Shown here: piece by piece, positions 1 through 10,505 of the stretch
Position numbering within the stretch: the first letter of the stretch is position 1
How the letters are laid out: each line of letters opens with the position of its first letter
Assembly: GCA_964569785.1 (NCBI GenBank)
Contig: CAZMVM010000001.1
Span: 901 to 59,798 of the forward strand
Direction: 5' to 3'
DNA: 58,898 nt
Source of the DNA: an uncultured Pigmentiphaga sp.
GTDB lineage: Bacteria > Pseudomonadota > Gammaproteobacteria > Burkholderiales > Burkholderiaceae_B
Notes under the pieces: generated by a model
The model's database searches: none
What the model was told of the DNA's origin: nothing
The model's input: only the letters and a program-made list of their open reading frames with translations
Made by a program: the position numbers and the translations under genes

Positions 1-1
1 T

Positions 2-814
2 TCGGCCGCGGTACGTGATTTTGAGTTTCACGACAGCGATTTCGCCCAGGTGCAACGCATGATTTACGCCCGGGCAGGAATCGCCTTGGGGGATCATAAG
101 CGCGAGATGGTGTATAGCCGTCTCGCGCGGCGTTTGCGCGCCCTGGGTTTACGAAGCTTTGAGAGCTATCTCGCACGGCTCGAGGCATCCCCCGACGACC
201 CCGAGTGGGAGCATTTTGTCAATGCACTCACGACCACACTCACTGCCTTTTTCCGCGAGCCGCACCATTTCCCAATTCTGCACCGATACGCGCAGCAGTT
301 ATCGCGGCCACTGTCGGTGTGGTGTGCCGCGGCTTCCACGGGCGAAGAGCCTTACTCGATTGCCATGACGCTTTGTGAGGCGCTTGAAAACGGATACCGC
401 AGTGAGGTTTTGGCAACCGACATCAATACCCAGGTGCTCAGCCGAGCGCAGGCGGGTGTTTATCCTCTGGAGCGAGTTGCCAACATTTCTGCAGAGCGGT
501 TAAAGCGGTTTTTTCTAAAGGGCCGCGGCCGCCACCAGGGTCAAGCCAAGGTTCGGTCCGAGCTGGCCGCCATGGTTACGTTCAAATATTTGAACCTTTT
601 GGATGGTCATTGGGATATACCTCCTCGATTTGATGCAATCTTTTGTCGAAACGTAATGATTTACTTTGACAAACCCACTCAGGCCCGCATTCTTGCGCGC
701 ATGGCCCGTTTGCTGGAGCCAGGGGGTTTGTTATTTGCCGGACATTCCGAGAACTTTGCCTACGTGTCGAACGATTTTCGACTGCTTGGTCGCACGGTGT
801 ATGAGCGGGTGTAG
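2..814 (+). CDS. cheR: Chemotaxis protein-glutamate methyltransferase CheR (5' end outside window)
   Basis: Frame is open from position 2 (SAAVRDFEFHDSDF...). Motifs MVYSRLARRLR, AFFREPHHF, WCAAASTGEEPYSIAM and IFCRNVMIYFD are present. Confidence 0.97.
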   Translation, partial: SAAVRDFEFHDSDFAQVQRMIYARAGIALGDHKREMVYSRLARRLRALGLRSFESYLARLEASPDDPEWEHFVNALTTTLTAFFREPHHFPILHRYAQQLSRPLSVWCAAASTGEEPYSIAMTLCEALENGYRSEVLATDINTQVLSRAQAGVYPLERVANISAERLKRFFLKGRGRHQGQAKVRSELAAMVTFKYLNLLDGHWDIPPRFDAIFCRNVMIYFDKPTQARILARMARLLEPGGLLFAGHSENFAYVSNDFRLLGRTVYERV

Positions 815-820
815 CAAAAC

Positions 821-1441
821 ATGAAGGATATAGGTGAATCGGTTGCAACCCGCCGACGATACGACGTCCGTCTTGGCTGTGATGTGGTCAAATTGCTGCC
901 CAATGAGTATTACATCACCGACGAAGACATCGTGCTTAGCACCGTGCTCGGATCCTGCGTCGCAGCTTGCATTCGCGACCCGGCAACGCGGGTAGGCGGT
1001 ATGAATCATTTCATGCTGCCGGGGTCTGACACGTCCTCGCGTGAGGGGCACTCCATGCGCTATGGCGCCTACGCCATGGAGGTTCTCATTAATGAGCTGC
1101 TAAAGGCTGGAGCCCGACGCGAACGTTTGGAGGCAAAAGTGTTTGGTGGTGGCGCAGTCCTCGACCAGATCACATTGTTGAATGTAGGCAAACGGAATGC
1201 GGAATTTGTTCTAAAGTATTTGGCGACCGAGGGAATCCCGGTCTTGGCACACGATTTATGTGGTACGCATGCGCGCCGAATACATTATCGTCCGCACGAT
1301 GGAAGTGTGAGGGTGAGACGGTTGCGTTCTGGGCGCCCGGCGGCAGTTCTCAACCGTCGCGAAGAAGCACTGCAGAAGAATCTGCGTCAAGCGCAACCTG
1401 CCCCCGTCATCGAGCTATTCGACGCAGCACCGAACACATGA
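821..1441 (+). CDS. cheD: Chemoreceptor glutamine deamidase CheD
   Basis: [10 protein letters not shown] (catalytic Cys), GGMNHFMLP (His) and AKVFGG motifs; lies between cheR and cheB. Confidence 0.95.
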   Translation: MKDIGESVATRRRYDVRLGCDVVKLLPNEYYITDEDIVLSTVLGSCVAACIRDPATRVGGMNHFMLPGSDTSSREGHSMRYGAYAMEVLINELLKAGARRERLEAKVFGGGAVLDQITLLNVGKRNAEFVLKYLATEGIPVLAHDLCGTHARRIHYRPHDGSVRVRRLRSGRPAAVLNRREEALQKNLRQAQPAPVIELFDAAPNT

Positions 1442-1454
1442 ATAGCAACACGAA

Positions 1455-2522
1455 ATGACAATTCAACGTAAGATCAAAGTACTTTGTGTGGACGATTCTG
1501 CGCTAGTCCGCAGTTTGATGTCGGAAATCATCAACTCGCAACCCGACATGGAGGTCGTCGCCGTAGCGCCTGATCCCTTGGTGGCGAGGGACCTCATCAA
1601 GCGTCACAACCCGGATGTTCTCACCCTAGATGTCGAGATGCCCCGCATGGATGGGTTGGACTTTCTCGAGAAGCTGATGCGCTTGCGGCCCATGCCGGTA
1701 GTGATGGTGTCATCGCTGACTCAACGCGGTTCTGAAGTAACATTGCGAGCTCTCGAGCTGGGCGCCGTTGACTTCGTCGCCAAACCCACCCTGGGTATCC
1801 GTGCAGGTTTGCTCGAGTACGCTGACCTCATCGCCGATCGGATTCGTGCCGCCGCGCGCTCGCGCCCACGTCCGCGGCCGGCCACACAGGTGAGCCGCTC
1901 GGTCGTCACCTTGAAGCGGCCGCTGGGCAGCACCGAAAAACTGATTTTGGTAGGCGCATCCACGGGGGGCACAGAAGCCATTCGAGAATTTCTGGAACCG
2001 ATGCCGGCTGATTGTCCTGGCATACTCATTACTCAGCATATGCCCCCAGGGTTCACGCGTTCCTTTGCGCAACGCCTGGATCAGCTATGTGCGATGACGG
2101 TGGCGGAAGCACGCCATGGCGAGCGCGTGTTGCCCGGCCATGCGTACATCGCGCCAGGCGACCAACATATGCGGATAGCGCGCAGCGGCGCGAACTATGT
2201 CATCGAGCTGGACCAGTCCGAGCCAGTGAACCGGCACCGCCCGTCGGTAGATGTTCTGTTCGAATCGGCCGCGCGGGTGGCTGGGAAGAATGCGGTAGGA
2301 GTCATCCTCACGGGAATGGGCCGCGACGGCGCCGCCGGTCTGCTGGCCTTACGGGAAGCCGGCGCTCGAACCTTTGCGCAAGACGAAGCCAGCTGTGTGG
2401 TGTTTGGCATGCCGCGAGAAGCCATAGCAATGGGTGCTGTCGATGAGGTGGTAAGCCTCGGGAATATGAGTGAGCGCGTGCTTTCCAGTCTCACCGATAC
2501 GCGGCGGGTTAGCCGAATCTAA
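1455..2522 (+). CDS. cheB: Chemotaxis response regulator protein-glutamate methylesterase CheB
   Basis: N-terminal receiver domain (VDDS, TLDVEMP) and esterase triad motifs GASTGG, QHMP, TGMGRDG. Confidence 0.98.
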   Translation: MTIQRKIKVLCVDDSALVRSLMSEIINSQPDMEVVAVAPDPLVARDLIKRHNPDVLTLDVEMPRMDGLDFLEKLMRLRPMPVVMVSSLTQRGSEVTLRALELGAVDFVAKPTLGIRAGLLEYADLIADRIRAAARSRPRPRPATQVSRSVVTLKRPLGSTEKLILVGASTGGTEAIREFLEPMPADCPGILITQHMPPGFTRSFAQRLDQLCAMTVAEARHGERVLPGHAYIAPGDQHMRIARSGANYVIELDQSEPVNRHRPSVDVLFESAARVAGKNAVGVILTGMGRDGAAGLLALREAGARTFAQDEASCVVFGMPREAIAMGAVDEVVSLGNMSERVLSSLTDTRRVSRI

Positions 2523-2585
2523 AAATCGGTCTGACATTCGTTTGATTAGAATCACGATCGCACAGACTGAAAAAAGTGGAGTCAA

Positions 2586-2978
2586 ATGATGGTAAATAAA
2601 GACATCAAGATTCTGGTCGTCGACGATTTCCCCACGATGCGTCGCATCGTGCGGAACCTGCTGAAAGAGCTGGGTTTCGATAACGTCGACGAAGCCGAAG
2701 ACGGCCAGATGGCGCTTGATAAGTTGCAAAGCGGTGCTTTTCAGCTGGTTGTCTCCGATTGGAATATGCCCAATATGGATGGGCTGTCGATGTTGAAGCA
2801 AATTCGCGCCGATCCTGCATTAAGCAAAATCCCGGTGCTGATGGTAACGGCCGAGGCCAAGAAAGAAAACATCATCGCTGCCGCGCAGGCGGGGGCCAGC
2901 GGCTATGTGGTTAAGCCGTTTACAGCTGCCACACTGGAAGAAAAGCTCAACAAGATTTTCGAGAAAATGGCGCAATAA
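2586..2978 (+). CDS. cheY: Chemotaxis response regulator CheY
   Basis: [26 protein letters not shown] and [15 protein letters not shown] match enterobacterial-type CheY. Confidence 0.98.
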   Translation: MMVNKDIKILVVDDFPTMRRIVRNLLKELGFDNVDEAEDGQMALDKLQSGAFQLVVSDWNMPNMDGLSMLKQIRADPALSKIPVLMVTAEAKKENIIAAAQAGASGYVVKPFTAATLEEKLNKIFEKMAQ

Positions 2979-3010
2979 AACGACGACGAATGCCAGGGGG
3001 AAATGCTGTG

Positions 3011-3655
3011 ATGAATGACGATCAGTATCCGAACGACTTGTCCGAAGGTGGCGTAGCCGAAGATCTTCTCAAGCGCATCGGCCAGATGACCCGCATGCTA
3101 CGGGACAGCATGCGCGAACTCGGGCTGGATCAGGCGATAGAGCGTGCCGCCCAGGCGATTCCCGATGCGCGTGATCGCTTGCGTTACGTGGCCCAAATGA
3201 CGGAACAAGCGGCGAATCGGGTGCTGAATGCTACCGAGCAGGCTCAACCGTTGCAGGAAGGTCTGATTTCTGCAGCCAAAGATCTTGACCAACGTTGGGA
3301 AGAATGGTTTGACCGTCCCCTTGAGCTACCGGAGGCGCGCGAGCTCGTCGATGACACACGCGCATTTTTGCGTCGAGTTCCGCGGGATGCCAAAGCCACA
3401 CAGGAGCAGCTGACCGACATCATGATGGCTCAAGACTTTCAAGATCTTACCGGTCAGGTCATTATGAAGATGATGGACGTGGTCGGGGCCATCGAGCGCG
3501 AGTTGCTGCAGGCCCTTTTGGACAACGTTCCATCCGAGCGGCGTAACGAAACCAACTCGTTACTCAACGGCCCGCAAGTCAATCCATCAGCGTCCTCCGA
3601 CGTCGTCACTAATCAGGATCAGGTCGACGACCTGCTTGCCAGTCTCGGGCTTTAG
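3011..3655 (+). CDS. cheZ: CheY-P phosphatase CheZ
   Basis: [15 protein letters not shown] motif and C-terminal [13 protein letters not shown]. Start set at ATG 3011 (ORF is open from 2990). Confidence 0.96.
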   Translation: MNDDQYPNDLSEGGVAEDLLKRIGQMTRMLRDSMRELGLDQAIERAAQAIPDARDRLRYVAQMTEQAANRVLNATEQAQPLQEGLISAAKDLDQRWEEWFDRPLELPEARELVDDTRAFLRRVPRDAKATQEQLTDIMMAQDFQDLTGQVIMKMMDVVGAIERELLQALLDNVPSERRNETNSLLNGPQVNPSASSDVVTNQDQVDDLLASLGL

Positions 3656-3667
3656 GCTGCATCGTTC

Positions 3668-4804
3668 ATGGCAGACGGTAGCGATCTGGAAAAAACAGAA
3701 CCAGCGTCACCGCGACGACTCGAAAAGGCCCGAGAAGAGGGTCAGACAGCACGCTCGCGGGAGCTGGTGAGCTTCCTGGTTCTGCTTGCCGGTGTGATCG
3801 CACTTTGGATGGGTGCCGATCGCATTTACCGTGGACTGCGGGGAGTCTTTAGAGAGGGTCTGGGGTTCGACCGGCAACTGGCGGTCGATGCCAAGGTGGT
3901 GCCCGAATTTGCCCAGGAAGCGGCGTGGCAGGCACTGTTGACGATGTTACCCCTCTTCGGTGTCTTAGCGTTCATCGCCGTGCTGGCGTCCATTCTCCTG
4001 GGCGGTTTCATCTTCGTTGCGAAGCCCTTGCAGCCCAACCTGTCGCGACTCAATCCCCTGAAAGGATTCAAGCGAATCTTCTCGGCCAATACGCTCGTTG
4101 AATTGATTAAGGCCGTGTTTAAGGCCTTATTAGTAGGAGCAACCGCGACGGTTGCCTTGTATTATCACCTCGACGCCATGATGGCATTAATGCATCAAAC
4201 ATCGGGCGCAGCAGTGGGTGTGGCCCTGCGTTCGGTTGCAACGTGTTGCGCCTTGATCGTTAGTGGGTTGGCGCTTATTGCTTTGCTGGATGCTCCCTAT
4301 CAGGTGTGGGAACACGCACGCAAGCTGCGCATGAGCCGGCAGGATGTACGTGACGAGCACAAGGAAAGTGAGGGCGATCCACACGTAAAAGCGCGCATTC
4401 GACAGCAACAGCGAGCCATGGCGCGGGGACGCATGATGGCCGCGGTGCCCGAGGCCGATGTCGTCATTACGAACCCGACGCATTACGCGGTGGCGTTGCG
4501 ATATGACAATGCATCGATGGCGGCACCTCAACTGGTCGCTAAAGGCGCGGGCGAATTGGCGTTGAGAATTCGTGCGCTCGCCAAAGAGCATCGTGTCCCT
4601 TTGTTAGAGGCGCCTCCGCTAGCGCGCGCTTTGTACCGCCACGTGGAGCTAAACCAGGAAATTCCCGCTGCCTTGTACACAGCCGTGGCCGAGGTTCTCG
4701 CTTGGGTGTATCAGCTGCGAAGCTGGCAAGCAGGAGAGGGTGTCATGCCTGAGCAGCCGCGCGATCTGCAGTTACCTGATGAATTCAATCGACATTCCGA
4801 ATGA
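3668..4804 (+). CDS. flhB: Flagellar export switch protein FlhB
   Basis: EKTE..SPRRLEKAREEGQ N-terminus, four hydrophobic segments, KESEGDP and intact NPTH autocleavage site. Confidence 0.98.
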   Translation: MADGSDLEKTEPASPRRLEKAREEGQTARSRELVSFLVLLAGVIALWMGADRIYRGLRGVFREGLGFDRQLAVDAKVVPEFAQEAAWQALLTMLPLFGVLAFIAVLASILLGGFIFVAKPLQPNLSRLNPLKGFKRIFSANTLVELIKAVFKALLVGATATVALYYHLDAMMALMHQTSGAAVGVALRSVATCCALIVSGLALIALLDAPYQVWEHARKLRMSRQDVRDEHKESEGDPHVKARIRQQQRAMARGRMMAAVPEADVVITNPTHYAVALRYDNASMAAPQLVAKGAGELALRIRALAKEHRVPLLEAPPLARALYRHVELNQEIPAALYTAVAEVLAWVYQLRSWQAGEGVMPEQPRDLQLPDEFNRHSE

Positions 4805-6895
4805 ACGCGATTCTGACCAAGCTGCGTGGTGAAGGCGCATCGTATGCCCGCCTTATGGCTGGCCCTATCCTCATCGTCATGGTGTTGGCGATGATGGTGC
4901 TGCCGCTGCCGCCCTTCCTGCTCGACCTGCTTTTCACTTTCCATCATGGTGCTGCTGGTGGCCATGTTCACCATGAAGCCCCTGGACTTCGCGGCATTCC
5001 CGTCGGTGTTGCTATTTACCACGTTGTTAAGACTCTCGCTGAACGTGGCGTCCACGCGGGTCGTGCTGCTGAATGGTCACCAGGGCCCGGATGCGGCGGG
5101 CAAGGTGATTGAAGCGTTCGGGCACTTCCTGGTTGGTGGCAATTTTGCGGTCGGCATCGTTGTCTTCATCATTCTGGTCATTATCAACTTCATCGTCATT
5201 ACCAAAGGTGCGGGGCGTATCGCGGAAGTGGGCGCGCGTTTCGTCCTGGATGCGATGCCCGGTAAGCAAATGGCGATCGATGCTGACCTTAACGCTGGAC
5301 TCATCGGTGAAGATGAAGCACGCAAGCGCCGGCAGACCGTCAGCCAAGAAGCAGAGTTCTATGGTTCGATGGACGGTGCGAGCAAGTTCGTTCGCGGCGA
5401 TGCGATTGCCGCATTACTGATTATGGCCATCACCATCATCGGAGGGCTGCTGGTAGGCATACTACAGCATGGATTGTCCTTCAGCGAGGCGGCGCGCACT
5501 TACACGCTACTGACGATTGGGGATGGCCTGGTAGGACAAATTCCAGCCCTGGTCATCTCGACGGCCGCGGGTGTCATTGTTTCTCGGGTCGCCACCGATC
5601 AGGACATCGGGCAGCAAGTGGTAGGGCAGTTATTTGCCAACCCTAATGTCATGTTCATTACCGCTGGTGTGTTGGCATTGATCGGAATTGTGCCTAACAT
5701 GCCCCACGTTGCATTTTTAATGTTAGGCGCAGCCGTAGCCGGAATTGGCTGGCTGCTGCAACGTCAACAGCGTGAAGCCGCACTGCGTGCAGCACAGGAA
5801 GCGGCGCAGACCGCACCGGCCGCTGCCGAGGCGGCTGCGGAAGCAACCTGGGACGACGTCACGCTGGTGGATCCCATCGCCCTGGAAGTGGGATATCGCC
5901 TGATTCCGCTGGTGGATACCCCGCAAGGGGGCGAACTGCTACGTCGCATCCGCAGTTTGCGTAAGCGCTTTGCACAAGACGTCGGCTTCTTGCCCCCGGT
6001 TGTGCACATTCGTGACAACCTTGAGCTAAAGCCGACGGAGTATCGCGTATTGCTTTCGGGCGTTGAGGTGGGGCGCGGGGAAGCCATGCCCGGGTTGTGG
6101 CTGGCAATCGATCCTGGCGGCGTCACGGCTAGCCTGTCAGGTACGGCCACCACCGATCCGGCCTTTGGTCTACCGGCTGTCTGGATCGAAGACGCGCAGC
6201 GAGAACAGGCTCAAATGTCTGGATATACCGTGGTCGACGCCAGTACGGTGGTGGCTACTCACCTCAACCATTTACTGCACCGTTACAGTGCCGATCTATT
6301 GGGTCGTAGTGAGGTTCAGCAGTTACTGGACCGCATTGGTCGTGAGGCCCCGGAACTGGTCGAAGATTTTGTGCCGAAGACAATCAGCTTGACGTCGCTG
6401 CAGAAAGTGTTGCAAGGCTTGCTGCAGGAAGATGTGCCCATACGCGACATGCGCACGATTATCGACGTCCTGGCCGAGCACGCCCCACGTTTGACTACGA
6501 ACCAGAATACCCCGCCTGACATCGACGAGCTCATCGCGTTAGTTCGGCGCGCTTTGGGTCGGGCCATCACTCAGTCGTTGTTTCCCGGTTCGGGTGAGCT
6601 GCGCTTGATCGGATTGGACGCCAACCTCGAGCGCGTGTTGGTGCAGGCCGTGCAGGCTGGCGGTGCCTTAGAGCCAGGTCTGGCCGAGTCGCTGTTGCAG
6701 CAGGTTGAATCCGCCGTCTCACAACAGGAGATGGCTGGAGATCCGCCCGTATTGCTGGTACCTGCGCAGTTGCGAGCGGCACTCGCCCGTTTCCTGCGCT
6801 TACATCTGCCTCAGCTGACTGTACTAGCGAGTACGGAAGTTCCAGACGACCGGGTGATCCGTATTGCAACCTTCATTGGGGGCGCCCCTGCATAA
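4801..6895 (+). pseudogene. flhA: Flagellar export gate protein FlhA, frameshifted near codon 47 (apparent 14-nt deletion)
   Basis: Frame 4801 gives the FlhA N-terminus to ...PLPPFLLDLLFTF, then runs into non-homologous sequence (stop 5112). The +1 frame resumes LSIMVLLVAMFTMKPLDF...GAGRIAEVGARF..DAMPGKQMAIDADL. The conserved NIA residues are missing at 4937-4942. May be a real mutation or an assembly error. Confidence 0.85.
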
Positions 6896-7063
6896 GGCCT
6901 GTGATTGCATACGCTACGCCATTGCGTTGCCAAGGCTGGTCTGGCGCGCCCACCGGATAAAGCTGGCGGATTCATTGGTGAGACGGGGTCGTGCCAGGTG
7001 AGCGTCCCCGAGACGATACGGAAGACTTGGTCAATGTGCCGTAGCCAGGCCTCTTGCGATGCG

Positions 7064-7522
7064 TCAGGCCCGCCGGGTGGTGCCTAGCTGTACCGCCGGT
7101 CGCTTGCCGTCGGGCTGATACAAGGTAGCGCCTTGCGTGCTACGCAAAACGTCCAGGGCCTGGTTGGTAAAACGCAAATGCGTTCGAATCAATAGGCCGT
7201 TACGCTCATTCAGTGTTCGTGCCTTTTCTGCTTCTGTCTGTAGCTGAAGCCATAATGACTCAACGGCCGGCAACTGCCGGATGGCTGCCTCCATGCCCTT
7301 GTAGCCATTTTCAAAACCTAGCGAAGTCAAAGCTGCGTCACGTGCAGCAGCCAGGGATTCAAGTTGTTCCGCAAGTTCCTGCTTGCGTGCCGTGATGGCG
7401 TTTAACGTCTGCGGGGCCGCACGCTCAACGAGTGCCTGGTGTTCTTCTTCCAGGGTGTGAATAAATGACTGCACCGCGTGCATTTCATTGCTTAACGCTT
7501 GCAGCAAGGCGTCGGCAGGCAT
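7064..7522 (-). CDS. flgN: Flagellar export chaperone FlgN
   Basis: Helical 152-aa protein with LNERNGLLI and LY..DG C-terminal motifs; directly downstream of flgM. Confidence 0.92.
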   Translation of the reverse strand: MPADALLQALSNEMHAVQSFIHTLEEEHQALVERAAPQTLNAITARKQELAEQLESLAAARDAALTSLGFENGYKGMEAAIRQLPAVESLWLQLQTEAEKARTLNERNGLLIRTHLRFTNQALDVLRSTQGATLYQPDGKRPAVQLGTTRRA

Positions 7523-7524
7523 AG

Positions 7525-7830
7525 CTAGCTGAAGTTCTCGTTTCGCAGCAATTCTTGGGCGGTGTGAATCAGGCTGTCCGCGATTTGGCCTACGTCAATG
7601 CGAAGCTCGCCGCGCTGGATAGCGTCGCGAATGGCTTGAACGCGTTCCATATCGATGTCTGCTTCGGTCGATGATATTTGAGACGCTGATGCGCTCAGCG
7701 CAACCGACGTAGAGCTGACGGCGCTCGGTGTCGCGGTTTGTCCGCTTGCTGAGTTAGAGCGTGTCGCGCTGTTGCTTCCGGAGGACGAAATCACGGTAGA
7801 AGCGGACGGTGTAAGTGGCGAAATCTTCAA
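7525..7830 (-). CDS. flgM: Anti-sigma-28 factor FlgM
   Basis: Ser/Thr-rich N-terminus and DIDMERVQAIRDAIQRGELRID...IADSLI C-terminus. TTG start at 7830 has GGAGA 5 nt upstream. Confidence 0.93.
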   Translation of the reverse strand: MKISPLTPSASTVISSSGSNSATRSNSASGQTATPSAVSSTSVALSASASQISSTEADIDMERVQAIRDAIQRGELRIDVGQIADSLIHTAQELLRNENFS

Positions 7831-7935
7831 GGTTATCTCCGACGGTCTGCCTGGCTTCGGCAGCCTGCGGTGACGAGGCAATAGCTATCGAAGCCGAGCG
7901 GCCATTCACAGTGCAACATTAGTCAGGCACAATCA

Positions 7936-7962
7936 ATAACGGCAGTAGAGCGTCGAACTTTA
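7936..7962 (-). promoter_or_regulatory. Sigma-28 (FliA) promoter of flgMN
   Basis: Minus strand TAAA-N15-GCCGTTAT versus consensus TAAA-N15-GCCGATAA. Confidence 0.85.
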
Positions 7963-7987
7963 TCCCATCTTGCCGTCGGGCGGTAAG

Positions 7988-8746
7988 TCACATGGTGATT
8001 TCGACGGTGCCCCCTTCGGTCACGATGCCCGTGATGATTTTTCCCGACGCTGTGCGTACTCGTAGCGGAGCCCCGGGAACGGCACTGCCAAGCGACTCAC
8101 CTTCACTGGCGGCTGTAAAGCCATTCCCTTGCACCACGACACGCACCTTCTGTCCATGCGCAATCATGTCTGCTCGGCGCAAACTGGCTATTTGTACAGG
8201 CTGTCCGGCGCGTAGCCGGCGAGCAGCAGTCTGACCGACTGCCTCGTCGAGCCGAAAGAGGGTGTCGCTGGGTAAGCCAATGAGCTCGCCTTGCTGAAGG
8301 GCGAGGTTACTGCGGTCGAGTTTTTGTCCGGCTTGAACGGTGCGGCTTGTAATCACATAGCTTCCGTGCACAGCAACTGTGGCCGCAACATAGGTAGCCC
8401 ACCGTTGGGGCGCTTGACACTCGATGCGTACTGACATCTTGGGACGCAAGCGGGCGCGGGAAGCAGCGGGAATGTGCAGCGAACTGCACGCGGGGAAGCG
8501 GCTTACCCCTTCGGCGTCGACCTTGATCGTAGCCGTGCCAGGCAAATGCGCTGTACGTCGTTGCAGTGCTTCTTTGACGAGCAGTTGCACAGGCTCAGAA
8601 TTCTGGGCCGGGCCTGGTGGCGGCTGCGCTTCTGCGCGGCCTGGAATCAACAGCAACCCAACGCCAAGCAGCAGGAGCCTATGGCCGAAAATGCGGCGCA
8701 CGCAATACAGAGCACGTGGGAGGAGGGGTTTCTGTGAACAGGGCAT
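7988..8746 (-). CDS. flgA: P-ring formation chaperone FlgA
   Basis: Signal-like hydrophobic stretch, C-x-AP..W motif, SAF domain and GF....EG..L C-terminus; divergent from flgB. Start uncertain (ORF open to 8800). Confidence 0.9.
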   Translation of the reverse strand: MPCSQKPLLPRALYCVRRIFGHRLLLLGVGLLLIPGRAEAQPPPGPAQNSEPVQLLVKEALQRRTAHLPGTATIKVDAEGVSRFPACSSLHIPAASRARLRPKMSVRIECQAPQRWATYVAATVAVHGSYVITSRTVQAGQKLDRSNLALQQGELIGLPSDTLFRLDEAVGQTAARRLRAGQPVQIASLRRADMIAHGQKVRVVVQGNGFTAASEGESLGSAVPGAPLRVRTASGKIITGIVTEGGTVEITM

Positions 8747-8782
8747 CCCAACAAATTTTAAAAAGTGCCGTGCCTGCACACA

Positions 8783-8847
8783 ACATGAACAAGAAGGCAA
8801 AGCATCATCTATTCGCGCATTTGTCTTTGCCGCCCGCGCCCTATCAT
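8783..8847 (+). promoter_or_regulatory. Probable FlhDC-dependent class II promoter region between flgA and flgB
   Basis: AAGAAG-N12-CTATTCGCGCATT resembles an inverted FlhDC-box pair; TATCAT -10-like hexamer at 8842-8847. The match is degenerate. Confidence 0.4.
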
Positions 8848-8883
8848 GCTTGTGGTTAAGAAAGCCGCGTCACAGGAGTGTGC

Positions 8884-9297
8884 ATGCTGAATCGCTTGGA
8901 TACGGCAGTAGGGTTTTATCAGGAAGCGCTAAGTTTACGCGCGCAGCGTCAGGAGATTCTGTCGTCGAATATCGCCAATGCAGACACGCCCGGCTATAAG
9001 GCGCGCGATTTCGAATTTTCTACTGAACTTCGTAACGCCTTGCAGGGGCGCGGTTTGCAAACGACACGCACCACTGAATTGGCCCGTACGCACAACGCGC
9101 ATATTCCTGCCCGGGCAACCATTGTAGGGCCCACTCACCTGAAATATCGTGTGCCCACGCAACCCGCGCTGGATGGCAACACGGTAGATATGGATGTTGA
9201 GCGGGTGAACTTCGCAGAAAATACCGTGCGGTATCAAAGCACCTTAACCCTGTTGTCGGCGCGGATTCGTTCAATGCTAGCCGCCGTACAGCAGTAA
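8884..9297 (+). CDS. flgB: Basal-body rod protein FlgB
   Basis: SNIANADTPGYKARD and DGNTVDMDVER motifs; AGGAG before ATG 8884. Confidence 0.97.
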   Translation: MLNRLDTAVGFYQEALSLRAQRQEILSSNIANADTPGYKARDFEFSTELRNALQGRGLQTTRTTELARTHNAHIPARATIVGPTHLKYRVPTQPALDGNTVDMDVERVNFAENTVRYQSTLTLLSARIRSMLAAVQQ

Positions 9298-9327
9298 TCG
9301 CGCTAGCCAACGCAAGGAGCAGCTCCC

Positions 9328-9744
9328 ATGTCTTCCATGAGCATATTCCAGATTGCCGGTTCAGCTTTGGTGGCACAATCCCAGCGGCTCAATGTCACGG
9401 CCAGTAACCTGGCAAACGCGAACAGTGCGGTGGGGCCGGATGGGGAGCCTTACCGTGCCCGTCACGTGGTGTTCCGGACCGCACCCGTACCAGGTCATGG
9501 GTTGGGAAGCGAAGTGGGGGGCGTTCAAGTGTCAGCAGTGGTGCAAAGTAATGCCGAAGCGCGTCTGGTGTACGACCCCGGCAATCCCCTGGCCAACGCA
9601 GAAGGCTATGTCGCCATGCCGAACGTCAATGTGGTTGACGAAACCGTCAACATGATATCTGCGTCGCGCGCCTACCAGGCCAATGTTGAGGTGCTTAACA
9701 CCGCGCGCACGTTGATGCTAAAGACACTGACCTTGGGGCAGTAA
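9328..9744 (+). CDS. flgC: Basal-body rod protein FlgC
   Basis: [28 protein letters not shown] and [11 protein letters not shown] motifs. Confidence 0.97.
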   Translation: MSSMSIFQIAGSALVAQSQRLNVTASNLANANSAVGPDGEPYRARHVVFRTAPVPGHGLGSEVGGVQVSAVVQSNAEARLVYDPGNPLANAEGYVAMPNVNVVDETVNMISASRAYQANVEVLNTARTLMLKTLTLGQ

Positions 9745-9812
9745 ATGAAGCAAGCGTCATTCAACACGAGGCTGCTAAACGGAACAGCCGGTAGACACCA
9801 AAAGAGAATGGC

Positions 9813-10490
9813 ATGATCAATTCCGTATACGCTACGGGGACGCTCCAAGCGTCTAGTGGTGCAGAAAGCGCGGCGGGTTCATCGCGTGCCCTTATTGATG
9901 ATATCCAGAATCGCTTTCTTACCTTGCTGATTACCCAGCTGAAAAACCAGGATCCACTCAACCCGCTGGATAACGCCCAGGTTACCTCACAATTGGCGCA
10001 AATTAGTACGGTCAATGGTATTACCCAACTGAACCAAACCCTGCTTGCATTGAGCGGACAAATTGACATGTCGCAAGCGATGCAGGCCGCCTCTTTGATT
10101 GGCAAGAATGTGCTGATTCCAGGCGACAAGATCGCGGTGGGTAATGGAGTAGCCACGCCGTTCGGGGTCGATGTGATCGCGCCCGCTGCCAAGGTCGAAG
10201 TCGTTATCGTTGATGCCGCAGGGGTACCGGTACGAACACTTGATTTGGGGCCGCAACAGGTCGGCGTGGTATCGCTCGAGTGGGATGCCACTGATGATGG
10301 CGGGCGACCCTTGCCTGACGGTGCCTACTATGTGCGTGTGTCGGCGGTTGACCAAGGTGAGGTCGAGGTGCCGGTTGGCGCGCTTTCCTATGCCCATGTG
10401 CATGGGGTTGCCTATGCCGCAGACGGGTTGCAGCTAGACCTCGGGTTGGCGGGCAATGTTGGTCTGTTTGATATTCGCAAGATTCTATAA
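9813..10490 (+). CDS. flgD: Hook capping protein FlgD
   Basis: FLTLLITQLKNQDPLNP...SQLAQ motif; W.ATDD.G..LPDG.Y FlgD Ig-like motif. Confidence 0.97.
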   Translation: MINSVYATGTLQASSGAESAAGSSRALIDDIQNRFLTLLITQLKNQDPLNPLDNAQVTSQLAQISTVNGITQLNQTLLALSGQIDMSQAMQAASLIGKNVLIPGDKIAVGNGVATPFGVDVIAPAAKVEVVIVDAAGVPVRTLDLGPQQVGVVSLEWDATDDGGRPLPDGAYYVRVSAVDQGEVEVPVGALSYAHVHGVAYAADGLQLDLGLAGNVGLFDIRKIL

Positions 10491-10505
10491 GTCAGGGAGA
10501 GCCAT

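Noticed and set aside
4801-5112. 103-aa ORF as an independent His-rich small protein
   Set aside because: It is the FlhA N-terminus running out of frame after the deletion; HHGAAGGHVHHE is off-frame flhA sequence.
6905-7087. 60-aa ORF after flhA as an flhF remnant or flhE
   Set aside because: Only a vague QVSVPET resemblance, with no signal peptide or GTPase motif.
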